The notes: a model not told the origin generated them from the letters alone. A stretch of DNA of 48,605 nt from a virus (IMGVR_UViG_3300037400_006466:236098-284702); one strand, 5' to 3'. Shown: positions 8,826-18,413, counted from the first letter of the stretch. Translations and numbers: made by a program.

Positions 8826-10448
8826 TTATGATATGTTTTTTAAATCAAATCTAATTCTAGCGCTGGAGTCAGAAGAATTAACACAAGATCCTGCACAGGT
8901 AGTAGTACAATAGGAATCACAAGTACTTTGACACTTTTTTTCACAATTAATGTTTATGCAAGACCCTGTGCAATCACTGCATCCGCCATCTGCATCGTCT
9001 TTACAAGAGCTCTTACATCCTGTTGAGCATTCTTCTTGGCATCCCCCCTTACAAGAGTCACAGTCTGTTTTGCAGTTGACTCCTGTACAAGATGAGTGAC
9101 ATCCTGTACATGATGCTAAACACTCCTTGCATTTTTCAGTATTGGTATCACATCCTGTATTACATTGTAATTTACACTTTCCTTTACAAGTACTGCCATC
9201 CTCACAATTACCAGTGCAGTCGGTTAAGCAAGAAGTACATTGATTAGTACAAACCTTACAGGTATTTCCAGAACCAGTACAAGTTCCAGAACAATAGCTT
9301 ACACAGGAAGTACACTGAGAATTACAATAAGTTGAAAAACAAGAATTTTGACAAGTTCCATTGCATCCTGTAGCACCACCATAACAAGCATTACAAGTAG
9401 AAGAATTATTCCCACACTTAGCGGAGCATGCTGTAGTATAACAAGTGCCAGTGCAATAATTGCAAGTAGTTGAATCTGTCTCCCCTTCATAGGAATCAAT
9501 ATTAGAGCTTCCTGAGGGCTCTTCATCATCCTCTGGTGTGGGCTTTTTATCTGCACCACCTCCTGAGTCCCCATCCATATCGCTGTTTCTGTAGCAACCT
9601 CCGTCGCATTCATAGGTGCATGCAGTATCTGTACAATTTCCAGTGCAACGACCTTGACATCCTCCAGTGCACCGTCCTGTGCATGCACTACAAGCTGATG
9701 TATAACATCCACCGTCGCATCCCCCACCACAAGTATCTCCACAAGATACGGTGCATCCTCCGCCACAATCAACTGAACAATCCCTACAAGTTACAGTTCC
9801 CCTAGTTTCATTCCCAGCTCCCTGAGAAGAACCAGTCCCTGAGCCAGGAGAAGTAGGCTTAGAATTAGGTAATGTTCCAAGGCCGGAAGGAGTGGCACTG
9901 GTTGGAGGTTCAATGGTCCCATATCCAGGAGGAGCTACGGATGTATCCCCAGAGGAATCAGACTGGTCTCCAGTAGCATTTGACGTTGTAGTTCCATAGC
10001 CTGTGCAACCGCTTGCGCAAGAATAATCACATTTTGTTTTACAAGATATGTTATCGCAAGAACTCTTACATTCAATGATACAAGACCCAGTACACGTTAA
10101 TATACATCCTTGAGAACATCTCAGTCCATTTTCTATATCATTAGCAGCTTGAAAAAATAGGTTTATAGAATCAATGACAGACTCATCATTTTCGTTAGTT
10201 ATTACTGAAAGAGAATTATTGTAATCTATAGCTTGATTATTATAAGTTAAAGCAGACACAATAGTCTTTAAAGGATCCTTATCTTCTTTTTCAATATACT
10301 CCGTAAAAGATAAATCGCCGGTAGATAGATTATCCCATCCTCTAGAGGTCCTGACTTCTTTTATTCTATTGAATAAAGAATTTAAAGTTTCTTTTTTTAT
10401 TTCTTCGTGCAAAGATATAAAATTTTTATTGTCTGCCTTACTTGCCAT
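8826..10448 (-). CDS. Giant Cys-rich CxxxC-repeat protein (radical SAM target)
   Basis: 540 aa, ~73 Cys by hand count in three blocks (10, 17, 46) separated by S/T/G/P- and D/E-rich linkers; ~110-aa Cys-free N-terminal domain. Confidence 0.85.
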   Translation of the reverse strand: MASKADNKNFISLHEEIKKETLNSLFNRIKEVRTSRGWDNLSTGDLSFTEYIEKEDKDPLKTIVSALTYNNQAIDYNNSLSVITNENDESVIDSINLFFQAANDIENGLRCSQGCILTCTGSCIIECKSSCDNISCKTKCDYSCASGCTGYGTTTSNATGDQSDSSGDTSVAPPGYGTIEPPTSATPSGLGTLPNSKPTSPGSGTGSSQGAGNETRGTVTCRDCSVDCGGGCTVSCGDTCGGGCDGGCYTSACSACTGRCTGGCQGRCTGNCTDTACTYECDGGCYRNSDMDGDSGGGADKKPTPEDDEEPSGSSNIDSYEGETDSTTCNYCTGTCYTTACSAKCGNNSSTCNACYGGATGCNGTCQNSCFSTYCNSQCTSCVSYCSGTCTGSGNTCKVCTNQCTSCLTDCTGNCEDGSTCKGKCKLQCNTGCDTNTEKCKECLASCTGCHSSCTGVNCKTDCDSCKGGCQEECSTGCKSSCKDDADGGCSDCTGSCININCEKKCQSTCDSYCTTTCAGSCVNSSDSSARIRFDLKNIS

Positions 10449-10465
10449 AATAACAAAACCAAACC

Positions 10466-10729
10466 TTATTCTATAATTATATGTTCACCATCAAACATAA
10501 AATCATAATCAATTTTATATTTTTCTGATAATTCTTTTCTTAACTTATGGAGAGATACTTTTGCGCTTATCAATACCTCACAAACACCAGATAGAAATTC
10601 TGACATCTGTTTTTCAGTCAAAAGGCTGAATCCCGGATTTCTATCCAGCATTTCATTAGCAGTATTTATAGTCTGAAAGCATATTCTCAAATCCAACATA
10701 TCTTTTTCATCAATATCAAGTCTTTTCAT
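10466..10729 (-). CDS. CXXX-repeat system accessory protein-like
   Basis: 87 aa; length, position and ...LSEKYKIDYDFMFDGEHIIIE end resemble the ~90-aa proteins of CXXX-repeat radical SAM systems. Confidence 0.55.
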   Translation of the reverse strand: MKRLDIDEKDMLDLRICFQTINTANEMLDRNPGFSLLTEKQMSEFLSGVCEVLISAKVSLHKLRKELSEKYKIDYDFMFDGEHIIIE

Positions 10730-10737
10730 AAAAAAAT

Positions 10738-11013
10738 TTATTCTCCATAGAAAAGAACGCCGTCATCGTATCCTACAGCATAATTTACATTATACTTCTT
10801 GGATATGTTGCATCTCCAAAGATGCTCCAGAACCTTTCCATCAGCAAAAGACTGACATACGTCATTATAGAAAGACTGAGCCTTTTCCTTGCTGAAAGTG
10901 GTAGGAAGCGGACTTGTGATGATACCCATAGCGTTGTTCAATGCAGTAATCCATTCAACTGCGTCTCTTTTCTCTTCCTCAGTTAATTCAATTGAAAGAT
11001 AATTTCTAGCCAT
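10738..11013 (-). CDS. CXXX-repeat system accessory protein-like
   Basis: 91 aa; LTEEEK...AL...W..ISKKYNV pattern; paralog of 10466..10729. Confidence 0.6.
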   Translation of the reverse strand: MARNYLSIELTEEEKRDAVEWITALNNAMGIITSPLPTTFSKEKAQSFYNDVCQSFADGKVLEHLWRCNISKKYNVNYAVGYDDGVLFYGE

Positions 11014-11077
11014 TTTAAAGCACTCCTATATTTATATTTAGTTGTTTTATGGTCTTAACTAAAAGCAATACACATTC

Positions 11078-12064
11078 TTATTCCTTCAGATTATCGAGCA
11101 TATACCTCATAAGCTTAATCATATTCCCCTTTGTGTCCACACCCATCATCTGACCGAAATTGTTGTATCTGATGGCGGCATCCATGAGTCTTTCCACCAT
11201 TTCCTTGTCTTTCTGAACATATTTCAGCTTGGCATACTCCACATAAAGGGCAAATGAATCTGGGGATATCTGTATACCCCTCTTGAGGCAATTCTCACAG
11301 CTCTCCATGTCCCCTACGTTATAATAGGCGACTGCAGCCCTTCTTGCTGCATCCGCCCTCTCATATGCAGTTATGGAATGGTCATTGGGCTCGCTGATTA
11401 TACTGACGAACTCATTCACACTTTGAGCAAAGGTGTCCACGTTCTTGGACAGCCACAGTGCATAATAATATCTTGACATCTGATTGGGATATTCCTTGAG
11501 CCTTTCCTCAAACATAGGGTTATACCAATCCCTGGGCTTTGAGGTATCAGGGAAATGATGCACTGTGAACTTGTCTGTGAGGTCAAGTATCCTGTCTGAA
11601 GTTATCTCATCAAGGTCATCCCTCCATATCTCCTCATGGATGGGATACTTCCAATACCATTTTGGGGAGTTCTCCACCATCCAGGTGTTCACCTGGTCCT
11701 GAAGATGAGCATCAGGATTGTCCTGTGACAGATGGAACTTAGCCTGCGTATACTTACCTACAATCCAGTTATCCTCGATTATCTTTCTCCAACCCTTCTC
11801 TATGGTCTCATCAAGGTCTATGAACAAAATTACATCAGTATCCTCAGGAATGAACTTCATGGAGTCATTTCTTGCCCAGTCCCATCTGAACTTATCATAG
11901 GTCTTCTGGTGAATGTCCACTCCTTCTTTCTTGAACAGCTCAACAGTGTCATCTGTTGATCCTGTATCAAGGACTGCCAGATAATCAGCCTCCCTCATGG
12001 AATCAACCCATTGTTTTACGTGTTTAGACTCATTCTTGCATATCGTACAGACACAAATCTTCAT
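11078..12064 (-). CDS. Glycosyltransferase family 2 with C-terminal TPR
   Basis: KNESKHV...VLDTGSTDDT...ARN...FIDLDE (DxD) motif and TPR-like helices; paralog of 12091..13080. Confidence 0.85.
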   Translation of the reverse strand: MKICVCTICKNESKHVKQWVDSMREADYLAVLDTGSTDDTVELFKKEGVDIHQKTYDKFRWDWARNDSMKFIPEDTDVILFIDLDETIEKGWRKIIEDNWIVGKYTQAKFHLSQDNPDAHLQDQVNTWMVENSPKWYWKYPIHEEIWRDDLDEITSDRILDLTDKFTVHHFPDTSKPRDWYNPMFEERLKEYPNQMSRYYYALWLSKNVDTFAQSVNEFVSIISEPNDHSITAYERADAARRAAVAYYNVGDMESCENCLKRGIQISPDSFALYVEYAKLKYVQKDKEMVERLMDAAIRYNNFGQMMGVDTKGNMIKLMRYMLDNLKE

Positions 12065-12090
12065 ATGTCATTCCTTCTGTCTTTTGTTCT

Positions 12091-13080
12091 TTAAGACTTA
12101 TCCAGTTCCTCTAACATTTCATTCTTAAGATGGGTTAGATTTTCTTCCACATTATCTTTGATGAACCAACCAAAATCCTTATATTCTATGGCTTTGTTCA
12201 TAAGATATTCAACAGACTTTCTGTCCTTCTGAATGCATTTCAACTTAGCATATTCTACATATAAAATTGATGAAGTCGGTGATATTACAAGTCCTCTTTT
12301 CAAGCAGTTCTCACAACTTACATCATCCCCAATATAGTGATAAATTATTGCTGCTCTTCTTGCTGCTTCTGCCCTTTCATACTTGGTTATGGAACGGTCA
12401 TTAGGCTCACAGATTATCTTGACAAACTCATTACAGGCCTGCAACTGTGTGTTTGGGTTTTGATCCAACCACATTGCATAATAATATCTGGACATCTGAT
12501 TGGGATTTTCTTTAACCCTTTCTTCAATCAAAGGATTGTACCAATCTCTTGGTTTTGATGTATCTGGAAAGTGATGAACAACAAATTTGTCTCTTAAGTC
12601 AAGTATTCTGTCAGGTGTAATCTCATTTATATCGTCTCTGAAAATTTCCTCCCAAATAGGATATCTCCAGTACCACTTTGGACTGTTCTCTATCATCCAA
12701 GTGTTGACTTCACTGTTCAATCCACTTTCAGGATTGTCCTGAGAAAGCTTGTATTTGGCTTGAGTATGCTTACCAATTATCCAATTGTCCTCAATTATCT
12801 TTCTCCATCCAGGCTCAAGAGTTTCATCCAAGTCCACAAAAGTGACTACATCAGCATCTTTTGGTATGAACTTCATTGAATCATTTCTGGCCACATCCCA
12901 TCTGAACCTGTCATAAGATGTCTGATTGACCTCAATTCCTTCTTTTCTAAACAGGTCAACAGTGTCATCAGTGGAGCCAGTATCCAATACAGCCAGATAA
13001 TCAGCCTCTCTCATGGAATCAACCCACTGCTTCACGTGTTTAGACTCATTTTTGCATATGGTACAGACACATATCTTCAT
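12091..13080 (-). CDS. Glycosyltransferase family 2 with C-terminal TPR
   Basis: Start MKICV at 13080; first 41 aa identical to the 11078 protein; FVDLDE motif. Confidence 0.85.
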   Translation of the reverse strand: MKICVCTICKNESKHVKQWVDSMREADYLAVLDTGSTDDTVDLFRKEGIEVNQTSYDRFRWDVARNDSMKFIPKDADVVTFVDLDETLEPGWRKIIEDNWIIGKHTQAKYKLSQDNPESGLNSEVNTWMIENSPKWYWRYPIWEEIFRDDINEITPDRILDLRDKFVVHHFPDTSKPRDWYNPLIEERVKENPNQMSRYYYAMWLDQNPNTQLQACNEFVKIICEPNDRSITKYERAEAARRAAIIYHYIGDDVSCENCLKRGLVISPTSSILYVEYAKLKCIQKDRKSVEYLMNKAIEYKDFGWFIKDNVEENLTHLKNEMLEELDKS

Positions 13081-13149
13081 ATGATTATCTCCCTTATACA
13101 TATAATATAAAAAAATACCCCACAAATGTGAGGTATTTTAAAAAATCCA

Positions 13150-13327
13150 CCTTTTACCGATTACCTTGATGTAACCGTGTTCGACATCTTACCAGGTAGT
13201 GGATTGGAGAACGCTGGGACCAGTCGCGACTGTACCACTAACACTTTCTCACCTATGGTTCATGGACTGAGCATCATCCTAACCATTCTCAGGCCTGTCA
13301 CCATGCTCGGCTTTTACCTGAGTCCCT
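13150..13327 (-). ncRNA. Candidate structured RNA in the tRNA-Glu 3' trailer
   Basis: GC-richer ORF-free stretch; pairings CTCAGGT/GCCTGAG crossing GAGCAT/ATGCTC, GGACT/AGTCC, ATGGTT/AACCAT, CAGTCGCGACTG palindrome. Confidence 0.35.
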
Positions 13328-13400
13328 TAGTCTATAAAGGATTTGAACCTTTGTGACCAGACTGAGAATCTGGCATCCTGGGCCACTAGATGAATAGACC
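13328..13400 (-). tRNA. tRNA-Glu(CTC)
   Basis: Acceptor GGTCTAT/ATAGACT; arm CCAGA-TTCTCAG-TCTGG; T-loop TTCAAAT. Confidence 0.9.
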
Positions 13401-13408
13401 ATTTTATT

Positions 13409-13486
13409 TAGCCCGTGGGGGATTCGAACCCCGATCCTTTTTGCCTTGAAAGGGCAATGTCCGCAAACCAAATAGACGAACGGGCC
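13409..13486 (-). tRNA. tRNA-Glu(TTC)
   Basis: Acceptor GGCCCGT/ACGGGCT; arm TTGCC-CTTTCAA-GGCAA; T-loop TTCGAAT. Confidence 0.9.
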
Positions 13487-13499
13487 ATTTACACTTATA

Positions 13500-13958
13500 T
13501 TATAAGCCAATTTCTCTGATATTGTCAATATCTCCAGAAGAAAGTTTCCCTAATCTCTTGAAGATATATTTCTTGTTGATTTCAATGGTATGAGTTAGGA
13601 CAACATAGGAAGGCTTTGAGAATCCGGAATGTACCCAATCCTCAATAGGACACTTCTCCCAATAACTGTCTGTATCATACCTCTTGGAAGTACATTTCAG
13701 ACAAGTGACAGAATCCCCATTATCTCTGACCACAATGACAGGTCTTGACTTGAAGATATCCTCATTGTCTGTAAATGCCACATAAGCCTTATAGACCTCA
13801 TACTTCCTGTAGTTGAAGTCAAGCCTATTACAGAGAATCAGATTCCTCTCCACCTCTGCTTTGGTGTATTCGTAATCAGAATCATCATCCTTGTAGTGCT
13901 TATTGTTCTGATATCTGTTATTGGAATAATTCTTGTTATACTTGCTATAAGAACCCAT
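13500..13958 (-). CDS. PemK/MazF-like endoribonuclease
   Basis: YEVYKAYVAFTD...KSRPVIVV...CLKCTS...IEDW..SGFSKPSYV...RLGKLS..D: PemK-fold signature, after an N/Y/K-rich N-terminal extension. Confidence 0.75.
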   Translation of the reverse strand: MGSYSKYNKNYSNNRYQNNKHYKDDDSDYEYTKAEVERNLILCNRLDFNYRKYEVYKAYVAFTDNEDIFKSRPVIVVRDNGDSVTCLKCTSKRYDTDSYWEKCPIEDWVHSGFSKPSYVVLTHTIEINKKYIFKRLGKLSSGDIDNIREIGL

Positions 13959-14203
13959 CAGTCATCCCACTCACCTTTGACTACGGTAACTCCATGTTCA
14001 TTGGGGCTGCCACAGGAAGGAAGTGAATCAATCTTAAGGTCAAAAGCAGCTTCTGTGAATCTCTCTTTATCACCGAACTCAGTCTCACAGACTGAAAGAG
14101 CTTCGGATAACTTGAGCCCACATTTCTCCTGCAGATTCACAAGCATCTCTTTCTCTGTCATTCCTTTGTTCTGTGATTCTTTAAGTGCTTCAAGTACTTT
14201 CAT
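13958..14203 (-). CDS. Small acidic protein, possible antitoxin partner
   Basis: 81 aa; stop overlaps the PemK-like start; first gene after a consensus promoter. Confidence 0.5.
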   Translation of the reverse strand: MKVLEALKESQNKGMTEKEMLVNLQEKCGLKLSEALSVCETEFGDKERFTEAAFDLKIDSLPSCGSPNEHGVTVVKGEWDD

Positions 14204-14232
14204 GGATTTGCTTAATCTCCTCTATCGTCTAT

Positions 14233-14262
14233 ATTATAACACTCTTTCCTGTTTCTTGTCAA
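14233..14262 (-). promoter_or_regulatory. Sigma70-type promoter
   Basis: TTGACA-18 nt-TATAAT (TGT just before the -10). Confidence 0.8.
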
Positions 14263-14307
14263 TAGGCTATAATTCTTTTATTCTTTAAGAATTAGTCTTA
14301 AAGAAAC

Positions 14308-14331
14308 AAAAGGAGCCTGAATCAGGCTCCT
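14308..14331 (-). terminator. Intrinsic terminator-like hairpin
   Basis: AGGAGCCTGA/TCAGGCTCCT inverted repeat followed by Ts on the minus strand. Confidence 0.65.
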
Positions 14332-14365
14332 CGATGATTCACTGAAAAGAACCTACTATCACCTA

Positions 14366-15052
14366 TTATACAATTGGCACAAGATAGGTTGAAATTCCAG
14401 AAACTCCCAAACTGGATTTTGTAACTGTCAAGTATCCATCGTAAGCAGCAGTAAAAGAAGCATTGACATAAGGAACCACATCATTTCCTACTTTATTTAC
14501 AATAACAGTTCCAGGTATTCCGTTTTCACTTCCTGGTGTTGTGACTGTTCTGACATCAGTTTGTGTGGTGATAACTCTGAAAGCATTTCCCACTGTTGAA
14601 CCTAGAAGTAAACAATATCTGACTCCTGACTTTATTTGATAAATGTCACTATAAACAGTTGGTGGGTCAGTAACTTGATATTCCCAGTTTGATCCATTTA
14701 TGGCTCCATTTGTCCAATCTGATTCAACTGGAAACATCTTAGTTGGAATGTTACCTATAACTGTTTTGAAGTCTTCAAGATGCTCATTTCCAGTAATGCT
14801 TCCACCTCTGTTAGAAATGGATTGTTTGAAAGCTGTTTCTAAGAGTTGTATTCTGTTGTCGAGTGAAGATTCAGTACTTTTAGCACTTACTAATCCACTT
14901 TTACGTTCTGAGAACATGGACTCTAAATATGTTGGATAACTGTCCAGTGTTGCGTCACTTGGAATGACAACGTTTTCACTCTTAGACTCTATCATTGATT
15001 TGATGCTGGATTTAGCTGACTGTATTCTTTCTAGTTCTGTATCTATAGGCAT
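14366..15052 (-). CDS. Fibre-associated protein with two AKxxIKxxI...VP repeats
   Basis: 228 aa; ELERIQSAKSSIKSMIESK..VVIPSDATLDSYP present twice in degenerate form; C-terminal domain paralogous to 15065..15730. Confidence 0.55.
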   Translation of the reverse strand: MPIDTELERIQSAKSSIKSMIESKSENVVIPSDATLDSYPTYLESMFSERKSGLVSAKSTESSLDNRIQLLETAFKQSISNRGGSITGNEHLEDFKTVIGNIPTKMFPVESDWTNGAINGSNWEYQVTDPPTVYSDIYQIKSGVRYCLLLGSTVGNAFRVITTQTDVRTVTTPGSENGIPGTVIVNKVGNDVVPYVNASFTAAYDGYLTVTKSSLGVSGISTYLVPIV

Positions 15053-15064
15053 ATATCACACCTC

Positions 15065-15730
15065 TCAATATAAGGCTACAAGATAGACTGGTATTCCATC
15101 TGTACTGTTATTATCTTTCATTACTGCAAGATATCCTGAAAATGGAGCAGCAAATATGGTATTGTCATAAGATGATGGAGCAGTACTACTTCCATAAAGT
15201 TTGGTTCCAGAAATACTGCCAGACGATAGAGTAGAAGGATCAGTCTGACAAGCAGATATCATGAAGTGACTTCCTGTTGTAGCTCCCAGTGAACAGAAGT
15301 AGGTAACTCCATTTTCTATCTCATAAATGTCAGTTCTATAATTTGTTCCTGAATCATAAGTACAGACACCATCAGTATCTATTGATACACTTGTTATGTT
15401 TGACTTGGCTGGAACCATTGAGAATGGTATTCCAGATATCAAAGAAGGATAGTCTTCTATTTCAGCAGAAGAAGGTACTGTAACTCCTCTTTTCTCAAGA
15501 GCCGTTTTTATAGCAGATTTTTCTGAAGCTATTAAATTTGTTTTGGTCTGAATGCTGTCTTCAACAACAGACAGCTCAGTTTCAATATCATCACAAGCAT
15601 CAGATATGTGAGATGCATACGTTCCTAACAGATCATTTTCAGATACTGGAGTATATTTATTTTCATCCAGTAGCTTTTTCATGTCTTCCTTTGCTTTCTT
15701 TATCCTCAAGGTATCTGATATCAGTGACAT
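15065..15730 (-). CDS. Fibre-associated protein, paralog of 14366..15052
   Basis: Start MSLISD; SEKSAIKTALEKRGVTVPSSAEIEDYPSLI motif; shared DIY.I..GV.Y...LG.T.G..F...QTD...F.A...GYL.V.K..GI..YLV domain. Confidence 0.55.
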   Translation of the reverse strand: MSLISDTLRIKKAKEDMKKLLDENKYTPVSENDLLGTYASHISDACDDIETELSVVEDSIQTKTNLIASEKSAIKTALEKRGVTVPSSAEIEDYPSLISGIPFSMVPAKSNITSVSIDTDGVCTYDSGTNYRTDIYEIENGVTYFCSLGATTGSHFMISACQTDPSTLSSGSISGTKLYGSSTAPSSYDNTIFAAPFSGYLAVMKDNNSTDGIPVYLVALY

Positions 15731-15735
15731 AATTT

Positions 15736-16728
15736 TCAATCCTTTAGTTCTTCTATATGTTTTATCCAATCAGAAAATGTTATTCTTTCTAACATAAGTC
15801 CTTCTTGGAAAAATCTATTTCTTATTCCAGCTACTATCTGCAGCTGTATATCCTTGTCTGTTTTGTCAAACAAGTACTTAAATTCCTTCCAGTATTTCTT
15901 GAATCTCTTTTCAGTGGGTTCAAGGTACTCTTTTCCTTCTTCACTCCACCATCTGTCTTGGTTAAAGGAATAGTAAGCATCATATATCATACTGACAGCA
16001 TAGAACTTAGCATCAGACTCCATCCCTCTGTCCATGAACTCATTAATGAGAGCAGTGTTTGAGTCCAGCATATTGACATATGTCTTGTTCAAGTACAAAG
16101 GATCATGTCTGCAAACTGACTCGTCTCTCCAACGCCACAAATAGAAAGGAACTGAACAATATCTGCCTCTTGACTCCTCTTTAAGAAGCTTTTGACAAAG
16201 ACAATTGAAATAACTGTCCTCATGGATTGTCAGAGAATTGTTCCATCTGATATTGTTGTTTATCAAATACTTTCTTCTATGAACCTTTCCATGAACAAAT
16301 GTGACATCACGCTCTCTGTTTATGTAAACAACTTCCTTTGTTTTTGGATTTCTGGTTTCTTCAGTAAAAACTGATACCAGTTCATCAAAGCCACCATTCA
16401 AATCCATTTCTCTCATTATAATCCAGAGTCCACATACGTTACAGAACATATCATCTGCATCACAGAACATGACATAATCTGCCGTAGCTTTGTCCAAGCA
16501 CGCATTTCTGGTAGCACTTACTCCATTGTGCTCACAAAGATAATATTCTATCTTGAATGGATACCCATTTATCAAATTGTCAGACAAGTGAACATCAGTT
16601 CCATCATTACAGATGATTACTCCAATCTCACTAAAGTCAACATTTTGCTGAATCATGATAGAATCAAGTAACGGTTTGATAATATCATCAGTTTCTTTAT
16701 ACTGTGGAACAAGAATTTGAAGTTTCAT
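15736..16728 (-). CDS. Glycosyltransferase family 2
   Basis: ILVPQYKE...ICNDGTD...GVSATRN..LD.ATADYVMFCDADD. Confidence 0.9.
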   Translation of the reverse strand: MKLQILVPQYKETDDIIKPLLDSIMIQQNVDFSEIGVIICNDGTDVHLSDNLINGYPFKIEYYLCEHNGVSATRNACLDKATADYVMFCDADDMFCNVCGLWIIMREMDLNGGFDELVSVFTEETRNPKTKEVVYINRERDVTFVHGKVHRRKYLINNNIRWNNSLTIHEDSYFNCLCQKLLKEESRGRYCSVPFYLWRWRDESVCRHDPLYLNKTYVNMLDSNTALINEFMDRGMESDAKFYAVSMIYDAYYSFNQDRWWSEEGKEYLEPTEKRFKKYWKEFKYLFDKTDKDIQLQIVAGIRNRFFQEGLMLERITFSDWIKHIEELKD

Positions 16729-16774
16729 TTAATCATTTTCCTTTAAAACATAAATTTATATATTTATTATAAAC

Positions 16775-18394
16775 TCAATATCCTACTATTTGGGTCTTGA
16801 AATAAGACCAATTTTGGCTGGATTGGTAAAAAGAAACTCTACTGACAGGAACACATATAGATCCTGTATTTGATGTGATTCCTGTGCCTTCAAAAGCCTT
16901 GGATGAACGTAAGCTACAAGTATCAGTGCCTATGTATATTATACTAAGATTGCTACAGCTTTTAAAGGCATTACTCCCTATAGATGTACAACAAGGTAGT
17001 GATATACTAGTAAGTGCTTGACAATCATAGAAAGTCGAATTAGAAACAATTTGACAAACAGGCAAGGACACACTAGAGAGAGCATAACAATCTTTGAAAG
17101 CTTGCTGGTAAAGTGAAGTACAAGCAGGAAGATTTACTTCTGGCAAAGATGTACACCCATTAAAAGCACCCTGACCTACTGAAGTGCATAAAGGAAGGGA
17201 TACTGCTGTTAAAGATGTACACCCAGAAAAAGCACCCGTACCTACTGAAGTACATGAAGGAAGGGACACTTCTGTTAAAGATGTACACCCATTAAAAGCA
17301 TATCCATCAATACAAGAACAAACTGGTAAAGAAACATCTAAAAGACTACTACATTTATAAAATGTGTTATATCCAATATAAGTACAGACTGGGAATGAAA
17401 CTCTTGTAAGAGAAGAACATTGATAAAAAGCTGAACCGTAAATTCCTTCACAAGATGGCAATGATACTTCAACAAGATGAGAACAATCACTAAAAGCATA
17501 GTACCCAATTGAAGTGCACAATGGAAGTGAAATCTGTGATAAAGATGTACACCTAGAAAAAGCACACATACCTACTGAAGTACATGAAGGAAGGGACACT
17601 TCTGTTAAAGATGTACAACAAGCAAAAGCACTATTTCCAACCTGAGATGCATTAGGGAAGTATGCTTCTGACAAAGATGAACAGTAATAAAATGCTGCTT
17701 CATCTAAAAATGTACAGTTTGGAAAACTAGCTGTTTTCAAAGAATAGCAACTAGAGAAGGCTCCCTTTTCTATTCTGCTACAAGAAGGAAATGAAATTTC
17801 GGATAAAGAAGAACACCAGAAAAAAGCAGAACTTTTTATTTCAGTACAAGCAGGAAAATTAACTGTTCTAAGTTTAGAGCATCTACAAAAAGCTGAACTT
17901 CCTATTGTAGAACAAAGAGGAAAAGAAGCCTCACTCAAAGAAGAACAGGAAAAAAAAGCACTACTATTTATAATATTACAAACAGGAAAAAAAGCAGAAC
18001 TAAGAGAATAACAAAACATAAAAGCCTCAGGTCCTATTGAAGTGCATTCTGGAAACGAAACTTCAATAAGATTTCCACAATTTCCAAAAGCACTTAATGG
18101 CACTTCTTTGATCTTGGTCAATTCTGCTCTTTTTAAAGTAGAACACCCCATAAATAGTCCTTCTTTTAAAGAAGAAATTGAACTCTTATCTAAATAGAAT
18201 GATGACTCTTTATATCTATTAAAAAAAGCTGAAGCAAGCGCATCGGTTCCTTGTGGAGCTTCTAACTGTGATATGTATGAGGAAAAACTAGATAAAGGAA
18301 GATTTTCAGGAGCGTCAATCCCTTCATGTGACAATATATTTTTAATTGCTACTTTTGCGTTTTTTAATCTTAGAAATTCACTAGTAATTGACAT
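16775..18394 (-). CDS. BspA-type leucine-rich repeat (LRR_5) protein
   Basis: About 20 tandem 22-aa repeats of type SLTEVSLPxCTSIGxxAFxxCx; N-terminal RLKNAKVAIKNIL..EGI.AP motif. Confidence 0.9.
   Translation of the reverse strand: MSITSEFLRLKNAKVAIKNILSHEGIDAPENLPLSSFSSYISQLEAPQGTDALASAFFNRYKESSFYLDKSSISSLKEGLFMGCSTLKRAELTKIKEVPLSAFGNCGNLIEVSFPECTSIGPEAFMFCYSLSSAFFPVCNIINSSAFFSCSSLSEASFPLCSTIGSSAFCRCSKLRTVNFPACTEIKSSAFFWCSSLSEISFPSCSRIEKGAFSSCYSLKTASFPNCTFLDEAAFYYCSSLSEAYFPNASQVGNSAFACCTSLTEVSLPSCTSVGMCAFSRCTSLSQISLPLCTSIGYYAFSDCSHLVEVSLPSCEGIYGSAFYQCSSLTRVSFPVCTYIGYNTFYKCSSLLDVSLPVCSCIDGYAFNGCTSLTEVSLPSCTSVGTGAFSGCTSLTAVSLPLCTSVGQGAFNGCTSLPEVNLPACTSLYQQAFKDCYALSSVSLPVCQIVSNSTFYDCQALTSISLPCCTSIGSNAFKSCSNLSIIYIGTDTCSLRSSKAFEGTGITSNTGSICVPVSRVSFYQSSQNWSYFKTQIVGY
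17239..17617. repeat. Exact 49-bp direct repeat inside the LRR gene (17239-17287 and 17569-17617)
   Basis: tacctactgaagtacatgaaggaagggacacttctgttaaagatgtaca occurs twice, 330 bp (five 66-bp units) apart. Confidence 0.9.
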
Positions 18395-18413
18395 TTAAAA
18401 ATATCTCCTATTA

